DNA from: Macrostomum lignano | Taxonomy: Eukaryota | Direction: 5' to 3' | NCBI GenBank assembly: GCA_002269645.1 | Contig: NIVC01001646.1 | Location: 62,001 to 126,000, forward strand | DNA length: 64,000 bases | In this document: positions 1 through 13,959 of the stretch, in pieces | How the letters are laid out: every line of letters starts with the position of its first letter | Position numbering within the stretch: position 1 is the first letter of the stretch | Made by a program: the position numbers and the translations under genes | The notes under the pieces: generated by a model | Told to the model about the DNA's origin: nothing | Database searches by the model: none | Seen by the model: the letters and a program-made list of their open reading frames with translations, nothing else

Positions 1-757
1 CAAACTATAGAGTATTCACAAACTATACAGTATTCACAAACTATACAGTATTCACAAACTATAGAGTATTCACAAACTATAGAGTATTCACAAACTATAG
101 AGTATTCACAAACTATAGAGTATTCACAAACTATATAATATTCACAAACTATAGAATATTCACAAACTATAGAGCATTCACAAACTATACAGTATTCACA
201 AACTATTGAGTATTCACAAACTATAGAGTATTCACAAACTATACAGTATTCACAAACTATAGAGTATTCACAAACTATACAGTATTCACGAACTATACAG
301 TATTCACAAACTATTGAGTATTCACAAACTATAGAGTATTCACAAACTATAGAGTATTCACAAACTATAGAGTATTCACAAACTATATAATATTCACAAA
401 CTATAGAATATTCACAAACTATAGAGCATTCACAAACTATACAGTATTCACAAACTATTGAGTATTCACAAACTATAGAGTATTCACAAACTATACAGTA
501 TTCACAAACTATAGAGTATTCACAAACTATACAGTATTCACAAACTATACAGTATTCACAAACTATTGAGTATTCACAAACTATAGAGTATTCACAAACT
601 ATAGAGTATTCACAAACTATAGAGTATTCACAAACTATATAATATTCACAAACTATAGAATATTCACAAACTATAGAGCATTCACAAACTATACAGTATT
701 CACAAACTATTGAGTATTCACAAACTATAGAGTATTCACAAACTATAGAATATTCAC
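1..757. repeat. 18-bp minisatellite (caaactatagagtattca) with a 252-bp higher-order period
   Basis: Direct reading. Variant ctatataata recurs at 131, 383 and 635. Confidence 0.95.
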
Positions 758-837
758 AAATCATATTCTGGATTGGGAAAGTGCTCGCCAAAGCAGATCC
801 TCAGCTTGGGAAGCTCCAGTCTGTTCCTATCAAGATG
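758..837 (-). CDS. Candidate internal exon (HLDRNRLELPKLRICFGEHFPNPEYD)
   Basis: Acceptor gcttacag|CAT and donor TT|gtgaat. Only one of the three minus frames is open. Confidence 0.4.
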
Positions 838-1319
838 CTGTAAGCTGATCAACCCGCTGATGCTATCGGCATGCCAATGTAATAAATGTAATGAATTACG
901 CAACTACGACCACCCGTGGCGGCAAGTGTAAAAATAATTTTCGACCATCAGGGTCCGTCCAGCCAGCCGTCCGGTGGGTCCCCCCGCTCTGTTTGTTAGA
1001 TAGAGAAAAAATCTGTGTCTGTGCAAAGACTGAGGAACTGTGGCCTCCCACAGTACACACAGTAAACAGGTCCCAGCAGTGTCAACAAGGCCCGATTTGA
1101 AAGCCTGCCGCCCGGCCATCCGGAGATGCCAACCGGGTGATAAGAGACCAGCGGTCTGTAGACAGCTTCATCATTGGGTTCAGGGTTGCCTGTGGAGACC
1201 GTTGGCTGCATTTGCTGCGAACTTTGATCTGCAGCTATCGACTAGTTTGACCTTCTTTATCACCTCTGCTAATTTCACACTCTGTGCCTTTCTCCGTCTG
1301 TTTAATGTTTCTCTCCGCC

Positions 1320-1610
1320 TCTCTCGCTCTTTCATCTCTACTCTCACCTCTACTCTCTCACTTCTAACCTCTCTCACCTCTAATCTCACCTCTACTCTCT
1401 CATCTCTACCCTCTCACCTCTACTCTCACCTCCACTCTTTCTCTCACCTCTACTCTCACCTCTATTCTCTCTTTCTTTATCACATTTACTCTCACCTCTA
1501 CTCTCTCACCTCTAATCTTTCACCTCGACTCTCACCTCTACGCTTCTCTCTCACCTCTACTCCACTCTCTCACCTCTACTCTCCCTCACCTCTACTATCT
1601 CACCTCTCTC

Positions 1611-1645
<35 letters not shown>

Positions 1646-1720
1646 ATTTCTACTCTCTCACCTCTACTCCCTCTCTCTCTCCTTTCCCTACCTCTCACCT
1701 TATCTGTCTACTCTCTACTC
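1320..1720. repeat. Degenerate CT-rich tandem repeat (ctctcacctctact-like)
   Basis: Direct reading. Confidence 0.85.
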
Positions 1721-2744
1721 TTTGACTTATCTGCAGTGTGGGTCCATAGAACTCTCTCTACTCTTCTAACATTTTATTTCAATTCTGTATTATGAGCTAT
1801 TTCTGGCCTCCTAGCCACTCCCTATGACTGCTCATATTTTTCTGTGTTAAGTTCATTTAAAAAAATCCAATCTGTCTATTCTTTTCAATTTTGTTCCACA
1901 ATCCTTTCCAAGTTCAATATTTTTTCAAATTTCTTTCAAACAAGCAAAGTCGTATATATCCATTAGCGTCTCCAGTCACGCATGTCATTTTCTGTCCCAC
2001 TCTGGGCGTCAAATCTGGGGAATTTTATACCCCTGTGTCTACACTTTTGACTGCTTCCCCAGGTGTCAGTTGCGAGGCAAGAATTTCAGTTGACACGCAA
2101 ACAAACAAACGGGTCGAGCCGCCTTAACGCACCCGAACTTCAAAGCAGAGCACGTGCGACTGCAACAAGTCTTCTTTTACATTGTGAGCTAATTTTGCTT
2201 CAAGTAACAAGCATTTCTGCCCACCCCACAGCTATAGAAAGCAAGAATGAAAAAATATTCTATTTGAAAAGCTTTTTATCCAGACAAAAAGTGACTGTAT
2301 TGAAGTTGATTGAATTACGCAAATCTGTTGATGCAACTCAAGCCCCATCGCTGACTGGTGCTTTGAATCTTTCAGTTGTTGGTATTGAATTTCCTCGCAT
2401 AGATGTTGTGCACTGCTTAACAGTTTGCATCGCTTAATGAGTATAGGATTTCGGCAATTAGGGGACTGGGAAAAGACAAGGGAAAGTTAAAGCTATGTAC
2501 ACCTGGGGGACCGTACGATACAGATCTTGGAAACTCTGTTAAAATCTGTAGCTCAGTTTAAGATAGCATTTTACAATACAAAACTTTTCTAATGCCATTT
2601 TTCCTTTCTCTTGGGGTGCCAAAATTTTAATAGAATTGTTACTGCCGATCAGACTGAATGTGTGTAGGAATCCCAAGGAATCTCCCTAATCTTCCACTGC
2701 CTTCTTTTTCTTTTGCCAATGGTTCTCTAAACTCTTCTCTATCT

Positions 2745-3278
2745 ATCTCTCTCCTCTCCTTATCTATAAACTCTACTCTCTCTCCTCCCCTTACCTCTCA
2801 CCTCTACTCTCTCTCCTCCCCTTACTTCTCACCTCTACTCTCTCTCCTCCCCTTACCTCTCACCTCTACTCTCTCTCCTCCCCTTACCTCTCACTTCTAC
2901 TCTCTCTCCTCCCCTTACCTCTCACCTCTACTCTCTCTCCTCCCCTTACCTCTCACTTCTACTCTCTCTCCTCCCCTTACCTCTCACTTCTACTCTCTCT
3001 CCTCCCCTTACCTCTCACCTCTACTCTCTCTCCTCCCCTTACCTCTCACCTCTACTCTCTCTCCTCCCCTTACCTCTCACCTCTACTCTCTCTCCTCCCC
3101 TTACCTCTCACCTCTACTCTCTCTCCTCCCCTTACCTCTCACCTCTACTCTCTCTCCTCCCCTTACCTCTCACCTCTACTCTCTCTCCTCCCCTTACCTC
3201 TCACCTCTACTCTCTCTCCTCCCCTTACCTCTCACCTCTACTCTCTCTCCTCCCCTTACCTCTCACCTCTACTCTCTC
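2745..3278. repeat. 31-bp CT-rich minisatellite (tctctcctccccttacctctcacctctactc)
   Basis: Direct reading; the ORF repeats every 31 aa (3 x 31 bp). Confidence 0.95.
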
Positions 3279-3959
3279 TGCCAGTCCCCTGTAGGAATAG
3301 AAAAGTTCCTCAGCTGGTCTCCCTACATCCCCCATATAAACTGTTGAGTTCTCATGGTTTAAACAATGATCAATTAGGGGTCATCAACACACCGAGCTGC
3401 TGCCATAGCGCTTTGTTCGCGGCACCATCCGGGCAGCAACACAGGTAAGCCCCATAAAGAGTATGATGGGCAGTTGGATATGGCTTATAGGTTTAGCAGC
3501 TTCGGAGTTTATAAAAAACTAACTATAAGCCTATATTATATAGTAAATAGCAGATTTCAGGTTACCGCTGCTGCTGGCCGGTTGCTAAAACCGCTCTGAC
3601 GACTATCAGTCTGTCGCCCTGTGATGGATGGCTTGGGGCGTGGAGACAGTCCGTCTGGTGGCCTGAGTTTTACCTGACCGGGGGAGGGAGCGGCGCCGCT
3701 TCTACACAACCTGACCTTCGTGTTGCGCGCGCGACATGGGAGATGAGAGAGAGAGAGAGAGAGGGGGAGATCGGGAGACAAGGGGAGCCCAAAGGGTTAG
3801 AGAAGTCAAGCTCTCCTTCAAGCCGCTGACATATACTCTACAAAGCAAGTCGGCAAATGCTCTGTGATACTTTGTTCTGCCCACTATCTGCAGCTTTGAA
3901 TCTGATGGAGTCGATATGAATTATTTTTGAAACAATTAACAAAATTATTATGAAATTGC

Positions 3960-4998
3960 ATAAACCAGAAACCCTGTCCCTATAAACCAGAAACCCTGTC
4001 CCTATAAACCAGAAACCCTGTCCATATAAACCAGAAACCCTGTCCATATAAACCAGAAACCCTGTCTATATAAACCAGAAACCCTGTCCATATAAACCAG
4101 AAACCCTGTCCATATAAACCAGAAACCCTGTCCCTATAAACCAGAAACCCTGTCCATATAAACCAGAAACCCTGTCCATATAAACCAGAAACCCTGTCCC
4201 TATAATCCAGATGCCCTGTCCCTATGGACCAGAAACCTTGTCCATATAAACCAGAAACCCTGTCCCTATTAACCAGAAACCTTGTCCATATAAACCAGAA
4301 ACCCTGTCCCTATAAACCAGAAACCTGTCCTATAAACCAGAAACCCTGTCCCTATAAACCAGAAACCCTGTCCCTATAAACCAGAAACCCTGTCCCTATA
4401 AACCAGAAACCTGTCCCTATAAACCAGAAACCCTGTCCCTATAAACCAGAAACCCTGTCCCTATAAACCAGAAACCCTGTCCATATAAACCAGAAACCCT
4501 GTCCCTATAAACCAGAAACCCTGTCCCTATAAACCAGAAACCCTGTCCCTATAAACCAGAAACCCTGTCCCTATAAACCAGAAACCCTGTCCCTATAAAC
4601 CAGAAACCTGTCCCTATAAACCAGAAACCCTGTCCCTATAAACCAGAAACCCTGTCCATATAAACCAGAAACCCTGTCCCTATAAACCAGAAACCCTGTC
4701 TATATAAACCAGAAACCCTGTCCCTATAAACCAGAAACCCTGTCCCTATAAACCAGAAACCCTGTCTATATAAACCAGAAACCTGTCCCTATAAACCAGA
4801 AAACCTGTCCCTATAAACCAGAAACCTGTCCCTATAAACCAGAAACCTGTCCCTATAAACCAGAAAACCTGTCCCTATAAACCAGAAAACCTGTCCCTAT
4901 AAACCAGAAACCCTGTCCCTATGGACCAGAAACCCTGTCCCTATAAACCAGAAACCTGTCCCTATAAACCAGAAACCCTGTCCCTATGGACCAGAAAC
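3960..4998. repeat. 22-bp minisatellite (taaaccagaaaccctgtcccta)
   Basis: Direct reading. Confidence 0.95.
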
Positions 4999-6051
4999 TG
5001 TTTATAAGGACAAGGATAGGTTTAAACAACCAGAACTCACCAGGTTCAGATGACCGCAGACCCTTCAGGCAGACAAGGTGGTATCACAAAGTTGAAACGA
5101 TTTCACAATAATAATGAAATTATTATCGCAAACTCCGAAGCCCGAATGTCAAAGAGTGCATTGAGAAGCAATCTACAAATTTGTCTATTTGGCTGCTTAA
5201 ACTGGAATCACTTGATGGCTTGTGAAGGCGCGCACACAACTCCTCGAGCCATTTTAGCTTACAGGAAAGTGGAAGAAGGCAGGATGGCCCAGCCAATGGC
5301 AGCAGAGGTCTCTGCTGTGCACCAATCCGGGATGGAGATAAACTACTTGTAGTTATTATCTGAAAAGGTTCAGAGACATGGAGTACTAAAATAAAAAGAA
5401 CCTGGAAAGGGACGCTTTCCGGCAGTTTAACTAAACCAACAAGCTTAGTTACCAATTTTACATTGAATGCCAAAGCCTAATAACTGGAGAGGTCCTGTGA
5501 AACGGATGCGACAATTTGTTTCTAAGAGAAACAGTATTGGAGGCTGTGTTAACGTAAAAAATAAAATACACTACCGAGACGGGAAATATTCTAAGAAATG
5601 AAGTTAGCTGAGGTCCGCTTACCCACAATTTGCAAGTTGCGTGCTAAAACTTTTTGTTCCTTTTCAATTCTCTCTCTCTCTCTCTCTCTAGTGGGGTGTA
5701 AAAAAGCCCTCAGAATACAATGGGATAAAATGATGTTGGAGCAGAATTACATCATTTATCCGGCTGGCCACTGGCTGAGTCAGTTTCCTGTTGGTCAAAA
5801 ACTCCAAAAGCACAAGCAGAAAATTTTTTTGGTAAGTTGAAAAAATCTGCTTTAGCGAAACATAACTGCGACTTCCTTTAGAGGCTTTTTTAGGAGCTTT
5901 GGGGAGATGAGGCGGTTTTTTTTTCACGCTCGACTTGGGTGGCCATTTGGGAGTTGATTTTTTTTCCTGGTGATCTCCACACAGCTTCAGAACGGAAGTG
6001 GGCGGGGCTTGCCAGCAGGTCAGCTTTGGGTCATCGGGTCAAGTTGGAAAT

Positions 6052-6390
6052 GTGCCAGTTCAGTGCCAGTTCAGTGCCAGTTCAGTGCCAGTTCAGTGCC
6101 ATTTCAGTGCCAGTTTAGTGCCAGTTTAGTGCCAGTTCAGTGCCAGTTCAGTGCCATTTCAGTGCCAGTTCAGTGCCAGTTCAGTGCCAGTTCAGTGCCA
6201 GTTCAGTGCCAGTTCAGTGCCAGTTCAGTGCCAGTTCAGTGCCAGTTCAGTGCCAGTTCAGTGCCAGTTCAGTGCCAGTTCAGTGCCAGTTCAGTGCCAG
6301 TTCAGTGCCAGTTCAGTGCCAGTTCAGTGCCAGTTCAGTGCCAGTTCAGTGCCAGTTCAGTGCCAGTTCAGTGCCAGTTCAGTGCCAGTT
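6052..6390. repeat. 11-bp minisatellite (gtgccagttca)
   Basis: Direct reading. Confidence 0.95.
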
Positions 6391-6481
6391 CGGGCGAAGA
6401 GCTAAGAACTGAGCAACAAGGAGCCTCAGGAGGTGCAGAATTTCTATCTGAATTTCAATAGAACTGCTGTTCGAGAAGGCT

Positions 6482-7760
6482 AGGGAGGGAGGGTGCTGTT
6501 AGGGAGGGTGCTGTTAGGGAGGGTGCTGTTAGGGAGGAAGGGTGCTGTTAGGGAGGGAGGGTGCTGTTAGGGAGGGAGGGTGCTGTTAGGGAGGGAGGGT
6601 GCTGTTAGGGAGGGAGGGTGCTGTTAGGGAGGGAGGGTGCTGTTAGGGAGGGAGGGTGCTGTTAGGGAGGAAGGGTGCTGTTAGGGAGGGAGGGTGCTGT
6701 TAGGGAGGGAGGGTGCTGTTAGGGAGGAAGGGTGCTGTTAGGGAGGGAGGGTGCTGTTAGGGAGGGTGCTGTTAGGGAGGGTGCGGTTAGGGAGGGTGCT
6801 GTTAGGGAGGGTGCGGTTAGGGAGGGTGCTGTTAGGGAGGTTGCTGTTAGGGAGGTTGCTGTTAGGGAGGGTGCTGTTAGGGAGGTTGCTGTTAGGGAGG
6901 GTGCTGTTAGGGAGGGTGCTGTTAGGGAGGGTGCTGTTAGGGAGGGTGCTGTTAGGGAGGGTGCTGTTAGGGAAGGAGGGTGCTGTTAGGGAGGGTGCTG
7001 TTAGGGAGGGTGCTGTTAGGGAGGGTGCGGTTAGGGAAGGTGCTGTTAGGGAGGGTGCTGTTAGGGAGGGTGCTGTTAGGGAGGGTGCTGTTAGGGAGGG
7101 AGGGTGCTGTTAGGGAGGGTGCTGTTAGGGAGGTTGCTGTTAGGGAGGGTGCTGTTAGGGAGGTTGCTGTTAGGGAGGGTGCTGTTAGGGAGGGTGCTGT
7201 TAGGGAGGTTGCTGTTAGGGAGGGTGCTGTTAGGGAAGTTGCTGTTAGGGAGGGTGCTGTTAGGGAGGGTGCGGTTAGGGAGGGTGCTGTTAGGGAGGTT
7301 GCTGTTAGGGAGGTTGCTGTTAGGGAGGGTGCTGTTAGGGAGGTTGCTGTTAGGGAGGGTGCTGTTAGGGAGGGTGCTGTTAGGGAGGGTGCTGTTAGGG
7401 AGGGTGCTGTTAGGGAGGGTGCTGTTAGGGAGGGTGCTGTTAGGGAAGGAGGGTGCTGTTAGGGAGGTTGCTGTTAGGGAGGTTGCTGTTAGGGAGGGTG
7501 CTGTTAGGGAGGTTGCTGTTAGGGAGGGTGCTGTTAGGGAGGGTGCTGTTAGGGAGGGTGCTGTTAGGGAGGGTGCTGTTAGGGAGGGTGCTGTTAGGGA
7601 GGGTGCTGTTAGGGAAGGAGGGTGCTGTTAGGGAGGGTGCTGTTAGGGAGGGTGCTGTTAGGGAGGGTGCTGTTAGGGAGGTTGCTGTTAGGGAGGTTGC
7701 TGTTAGGGAGGGTGCTGTTAGGGAGGGTGCTGTTAGGGAAGGAGGGTGCTGTTAAGGAGG
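6482..7760. repeat. 15-bp G-rich minisatellite (gttagggagggtgct), TTAGGG in each unit
   Basis: Direct reading. Confidence 0.95.
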
Positions 7761-8292
7761 GTGCCCTCAGCTTACGGTTAATACTTTATGTTACAGGCAG
7801 ATCGCCTCACAACAGCCACGGCAGAACCGATTTTCTCCCATTTCGAACATCTGCGAATTTCGGACCTGCGCAATTCTCCGAAAATTTTTTAAAGCCATTT
7901 GCGGAGAAAACAGCGCTATTTTGGATTCTTGATAGCCCAACCTTCCATAGAATCTGGGCTGCAAACCGCATACATACATATAACAACTACGCAAAGCCGA
8001 TGTTGACAACACAGTTATTAGGCTCGAACTTACCGACTTACTTTCGCACCGTTCGTCAGTATCTTTTTTTGTGTGGCGTGTTTCTTTGGCAAAAAATAGT
8101 CCTGGCTCGTTGTGTGCTTTTTGGCTGTGGATTCTCGGGTGTTCCCCCGGGGAATCATCCAGCGTGTGAACCCTAGCAAGGGAGCTTTAGCCATAGACAT
8201 TCCTTCCAACTCGTAGAGTGTGCAGTGACACTCGCTGACGATATTTAGCAAGCATTTTAAGGCACTGTTTTCCAGTGACAACCAAACATTAT

Positions 8293-10060
8293 ACAAGAAT
8301 CCAATTGAGAGCCAGCCAGACTGTACAAGAATTCAATTGAGAACCAGCCACATTGTACAAGAATCCAATTGAGAACCAGCTAGATTGTACAAGAATCCAA
8401 TTGAGAACCAGCTACATTGTACAAGAATCCAATTGAGAGCCAGCCAGACTGTACAAGAATCCAATTGAGAGCCAGCCAGACTGTACAAGAATCCAATTGA
8501 GAACCAGCTACATTGTACAAGAATCCAATTGAGAGCCAGCCAGACTGTACAAGAATTCAATTGAGAACCAGCCACATTGTACAAGAATCCAATTGAGAAC
8601 CAGCTAGATTGTACAAGAATCCAATTGAGAACCAGCTACATTGTACAAGAATCCAATTGAGAGCCAGCCAGACTGTACAAGAATCCAACTGAGAGCCAGC
8701 CAGACTGTACAAGAATCCAATTGAGAGCCAGCCAGACTGTACAAGAATCCAATTGAAAACCAGCCACACTGTACAAGATTCCAATTGAAAACCAGCCACA
8801 CTGCACAAGAATCCAATTGAAAACCAGCCACACTGTACAAGAATCCAATTGAGAACCAGCTAGATTGTACAAGAATCCAATTGAGAGCCAGCCAGACAGT
8901 ACAAGAATCCAATTGAGAGCCAGCCAGACTGTACAAGAATCCAATTGAGAGCCAGCCAGACTGTACAAGAATCCAATTGAGAACCAGCCAGACTGTACAA
9001 GAATCAAACTGAGAGCCAGCCAGACTGTACAAGAATCCAACTGAGAGCCAGCCAGACTGTACAAGAATCCAATTGAGAACCAGCTAGATTGTACAAGAAT
9101 CCAATTGAGAGCCAGCCAGACAGTACAAGAATCCAATTGAGAGCCAGCCAGACTGTACAAGAATCCAATTGAGAGCCAGCCAGACTGTACAAGAATCCAA
9201 CTGAGAGCCAGCCAGATTGTGCAAGAATCCAACTGAGAGCCAGCCAGATTGTACAAGAATCCAACTGAGAGCCAGCCAGACTGTACAAGAATCCAATTGA
9301 GAACCAGCTAGATTGTACAAGAATCCAACTGAGAGCCAGCCAGACTGTACAAGAATCCAACTGAGAGCCAGCCAGACTGTACAAGAATCCAACTGAGAGC
9401 CAGCCAGACTGTACAAGAATCCAATTGAGAACCAGCTAGATTGTACAAGAATCCAATTGAGAGCCAGCCAGACTGTACAAGAATCCATTTGAAAACCAGC
9501 CAGACTGTACAAGAATCTAACTAAGAGCCAGCCAGACTGTACAAGAATCCAATTGAGAACCAGCTAGATTGTACAAGAATCCAATTGAGAGCCAGCCAGA
9601 CAGTACAAGAATCCAATTGAGAGCCAGCCAGACTGTACAAGAATCCAATTGAGAACCAGCCAGACTGTACAAGAATCCAACTGAGAGCCAGCCAGACTGT
9701 ACAAGAATCCAATTGAGAACCAGCCACACTGCACAAGAATCCAATTGAAAACCAGCCACACTGTACAAGAATCTAACTAAGAGCCAGCCAGACTGTACAA
9801 GAATCCAATTGAGAACCAGCTAGATTGTACAAGAATCCAATTGAGAGCCAGCCAGACTGTACAAGAATCCAACTGAGAGCCAGCCAGACTGTACAAGAAT
9901 CCAATTGAGAACCAGCTAGATTGTACAAGAATCCAATTGAGAGCCAGCCAGACTGTACAAGAATCCATTTGAAAACCAGCCAGACTGTACAAGAATCCAT
10001 TTGAAAACCAGCCAGACTGTACAAGAATCTAACTAAGAGCCAGCCAGACAGTACAAGAAT
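8293..10060. repeat. 32-bp minisatellite (tgtacaagaatccaattgagagccagccagac)
   Basis: Direct reading; ORF offsets of 224 and 256 bp are multiples of 32. Confidence 0.95.
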
Positions 10061-10654
10061 CAATCTAAGAACATCATCCCAGGTCCCCGCTCGCCATCAA
10101 AGCACCAACGACCTAGTGCGGCCAATGCCAAGGAGTCACCCGACTTCCATACTCGTATCGGTTTTCCGTTGCATCTGGCAAAAGGCGGGCGTCTCGCACG
10201 CGCCGCAAGTCGCCTGCAGCATCAGCTTTGCTGGAATGTTCATCCTCTTCTCCTAGAAGAAATGCTGCTGACCCGGCGTAGCAGCTGGTTTTTGCGCGGG
10301 AAAAAACATATTTGACAACTGGCGCTGGCAGGGGGGTCAGTGCCCCCCTTCCAGTGTTGCCACTGGGAACGCGGCCTCCCCAGCGAATAGTTTTTTCTTC
10401 AAGATCCCGCTGATTCCTGGGAAGCTGCGCGCTGCATCACAGTTTGCTAGAGACAACGGGGGAGAGAATCTTCTCCGTGTCGAGTGCCAATTGGGATTAA
10501 TTAGTTAAGATGGCGCATTCCGCCAGCAGCAGGCAAGGGGAAAAGGGTGTTGAAGACCCATTGCCAGTGTCAGGAATGTCTTTGCTTTCTCTGGTGAGAG
10601 CGAGCCTTCCACCACTCAGGATGAAGCTTTGAAGCTGGGGAATGGATTACTAGG

Positions 10655-11900
10655 TGTGGGTGATTGGGGTGTGTGCGACTGGGGTGTGTGCGATTGGGGT
10701 GTGTGCGATTGGGTGTGTGCGACTGGAGTGTGTGCGATTGGGGTGTGTGCGATTGGGGTGTGTGCGACTGGAGTGTGTGCGATTGGGGTGTGTGCGACTG
10801 GGATGTGTGCGATTGGGGTGTGTGCGACTGGAGTGTGTGCGATTGGGGTGTGTGCCACTGGGTGTGTGCGATTTGGGTGTGTGCGACTGGAGTGTGTGCG
10901 ATTGGGGTGTGTGCGACTGGAGTGTGTGCGATTGGGGTGTGTGCGACTGGAGTGTGTGCGATTGGGGTGTGTGCGACTGGGGTGTGTGCGATTGGGGTGT
11001 GTGCGACTGGAGTGTGTGCGATTGGGGTGTGTGCGATTGGGGTGTGTGCGATTGGGTGTGTGCGATTGGGGTGTGTGCGATTGGGGTGTGTGCGACTGGG
11101 GTGTGTGCGATTGGGGTGTGTGCGACTGGGGTGTGTGCGATTGGGGTGTGTGCGACTGGAGTGTGTGCGATTGGGGTGTGTGCGACTGGAGTGTGTGCGA
11201 TTGGGGTGTGTGCGATTGGGGTGTGTGCGACTGGAGTGTGTGCGATTGGGGTGTGTGCGATTGGGGTGTGTGCGATTGGGGTGTGTGCGATTGGGGTGTG
11301 TGCGATTGGGTGTGTGCGACTGGGGTGTGTGCGACTGGGGTGTGTGCGACTGGGGTGATTGGGGTGTGGGTGATTGGGGTGTGGGTGATTGGGGTGATTC
11401 GGGTGATTAAGGTGTGGGTGATTGGGATGATTCGGGTGATTGGGTGATTAAGGTGTGGGTGATTGGGATGATTCGGGTGATTGGGGTGTGGGTGATTCGG
11501 GTGATTGGGGTGATTAAGGTGTGGGTGATTGGGATGATTCGGGTGATTGGGGTGTGGGTGATTGGGGTGATTGGGGTGTGGGTCATTGGGGTGTGAGTGA
11601 TTGTGGGTGATTGGGGTGATTGGGGTGTGGGTCATTGGGGTGAGTGATTGTGGGTGATTGGGGTGTGGGTCATTTTAGTGTGAGTGATTGTGGGTGATTG
11701 GGGTGATTGGGGTGTGGGTCATTGGAGTTTGAGTGATTGTGGGTGATTGGGGTAATTGGGGTGTGGGTCATTGGGGTGTGAGTGATTGTGGGTGATTGGG
11801 GTGATTGGGGTGTGGGTCATTGGGGTGTGAGTGATTGTGGGTGATTGGGGTGATTGGGGTGTGGGTCATTGGGGTGTGAGTGATTGTGGGTGATTGGGGC
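10655..11900. repeat. 15-bp G-rich minisatellite (gattggggtgtgtgc) grading into ggtgattgggg variants
   Basis: Direct reading. Confidence 0.95.
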
Positions 11901-12312
11901 TCCTCAGCGTGCCACAGCCATCACCCTCTAAAAGTACACAATAAGCTACCTCCTTATTTTCTGCCAAACAAAGTGAAGGAATTACCAGGTGCAGCACCGA
12001 GACCACAGGCTAAAACCTTTATCACCCACCCATGTCAGAAGCCTCTCCTCCTCGCCGGAACTTGACAACAGATTTATTGCGACAAAGGTTGGCCACCCAA
12101 GTCTTGACTTCAGAATGGCATCGTCTGCATCTCCTTCGGATTTTTCTCTGTTGCTTTTTTGCATTTTTCATCGCCTCGGATGTACTTTTGTTGCCATCTG
12201 TTGTCTATAGACCGCGGTAATAAAATAATGGGACTAATAATGCAAGCCTCTGGTAACTGGGGCCTCTTCAAGCTGCCAGAGAGCCCCTCGCATGGTTTGG
12301 CATTTATGACTC

Positions 12313-13115
12313 GGTTCCAGGTACACAGTTCACTGACTCAGCGGGACATCCGCCCACCTTCACCTTGGATTCCAGGTACACAGTTCACTCACTCAGCGGG
12401 AGATCCGCCCACCCCCACCTTGGATTCCAGGTACACAGTTCACTGACTCAGCGGGACATCCGCCCACCCCCACCTTGGATTCCAGGTACACAGTTCACTC
12501 ACTCAGCGGGACATCCGCCCACCTTCACCTTGGATTCCAGGTACACAGTTCACTGACTCAGCGGGACATCCGCCCACCTTCACCTTGGATTCCAGGTACA
12601 CAGTTCACTGACTCAGCGGGACATCCGCCCACCTTCACCTTGGATTCCAGGTACACAGTTCACTCACTCGGCAGGAGATCCGCCCACCCCCACCTTGGAT
12701 TCCAGGTACACAGTTCACTGACTCAGCGGGACATCCGCCCACCCCCACCTTGGATTCCAGATACACAGTTCACTGACTCAGCGGGACATCCGCCCACCCC
12801 CACCTTGGATTCCAGATACACAGTTCACTGACTCAGCGGGACATCCGCCCACCCCCACCTTGGATTCCAGGTACACAGTTCACTGACTCAGCGGGACATC
12901 CGCCCACCTTCACCTTGGATTCCAGGTACACAGTTCACTGACTCAGCGGGACATCCGCCCACCTTCACCTTGGATTCCAGGTACACAGTTCACTGACTCG
13001 GCAGGAGATCCGCCCACCCCCACCTTGGATTCCAGGTACACAGTTCACTGACTCGGCAGGAGATCCGCCCACCCCCACCTTGGATTCCAGGTACACAGTT
13101 CACTCACTCAGTAGG
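12313..13115. repeat. 55-bp minisatellite (ggattccaggtacacagttcactgactcagcgggacatccgcccaccttcacctt)
   Basis: Direct reading; about 14 copies. Confidence 0.95.
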
Positions 13116-13959
13116 ACATCCGCGCCCACCACCCCAGAATTCCAGGTTGCAGATCAACATGCCTTATATCAGTATACGATGTGTTTAGGCTACTGTTTTG
13201 CTTTGCTGTGTTGCCACGCAGACAGGGACAGGCTGATTGGAGGCTGAGTGACAGGGGGGTCAGTTGCGGGAGTTTGGGCAGATCCCATACATGCTTTACA
13301 TGCTAATCTTGCTGTTGCATCTGATGGTGACCTGCTTGAACCCGTCCCCAGATTAGCAAAATTGTTGTTCTGTGGATCCCAGTTTACTTAATTTTACTTT
13401 TGCTCTGCCCTGCCTGTTGCAAACTGCAGCAGTTCACACTGTATTGGAGTCGCCTGTTTATTTTTCTTATGCCTCGGTACCGTCTAGACATACGCAGAAA
13501 CACTACTTGATGTCGTGGGAATCGCCCTATAAGCCCGGGAAGACTGTATCATTAAATTAAGGCTTCCAGCTTCACAGAAGCAATCTGCAATTCCCAAGCA
13601 CTTGCTTGCTTTCTTCTGCTTTCGATTTCTACTCTTTTGCAACAAGTATTTGCTTGCGCAGCAGCTGCGACCAGCGCTACCAACTGTTGATTGGTGGCTA
13701 CAATCTGCTAATTGGGAGATGAATGACTGAGAGGTGAGAGTGGAGAGAGAAAGCAGAACTGCAGAGGCTCGGAGTGTATCGAATCTACAGCTCTTTAATC
13801 TATCAGTGCTGCTGCGCTGCAAAATTGCAAATTGTTTGGCGTTAAGACTGCGTTTTGTTCTTTTCATTCCATAGTGCGACATCGGGCCTCGGTGAGGCTG
13901 AAAATCAGTGCTGCTGGGAAGCTGCAACTTATCCCCATATCAGCTCCGATGTCCATCAC

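Noticed and set aside
6482-7760. Interstitial telomere
   Set aside because: TTAGGG is only part of a 15-bp unit; there are no pure (TTAGGG)n runs.
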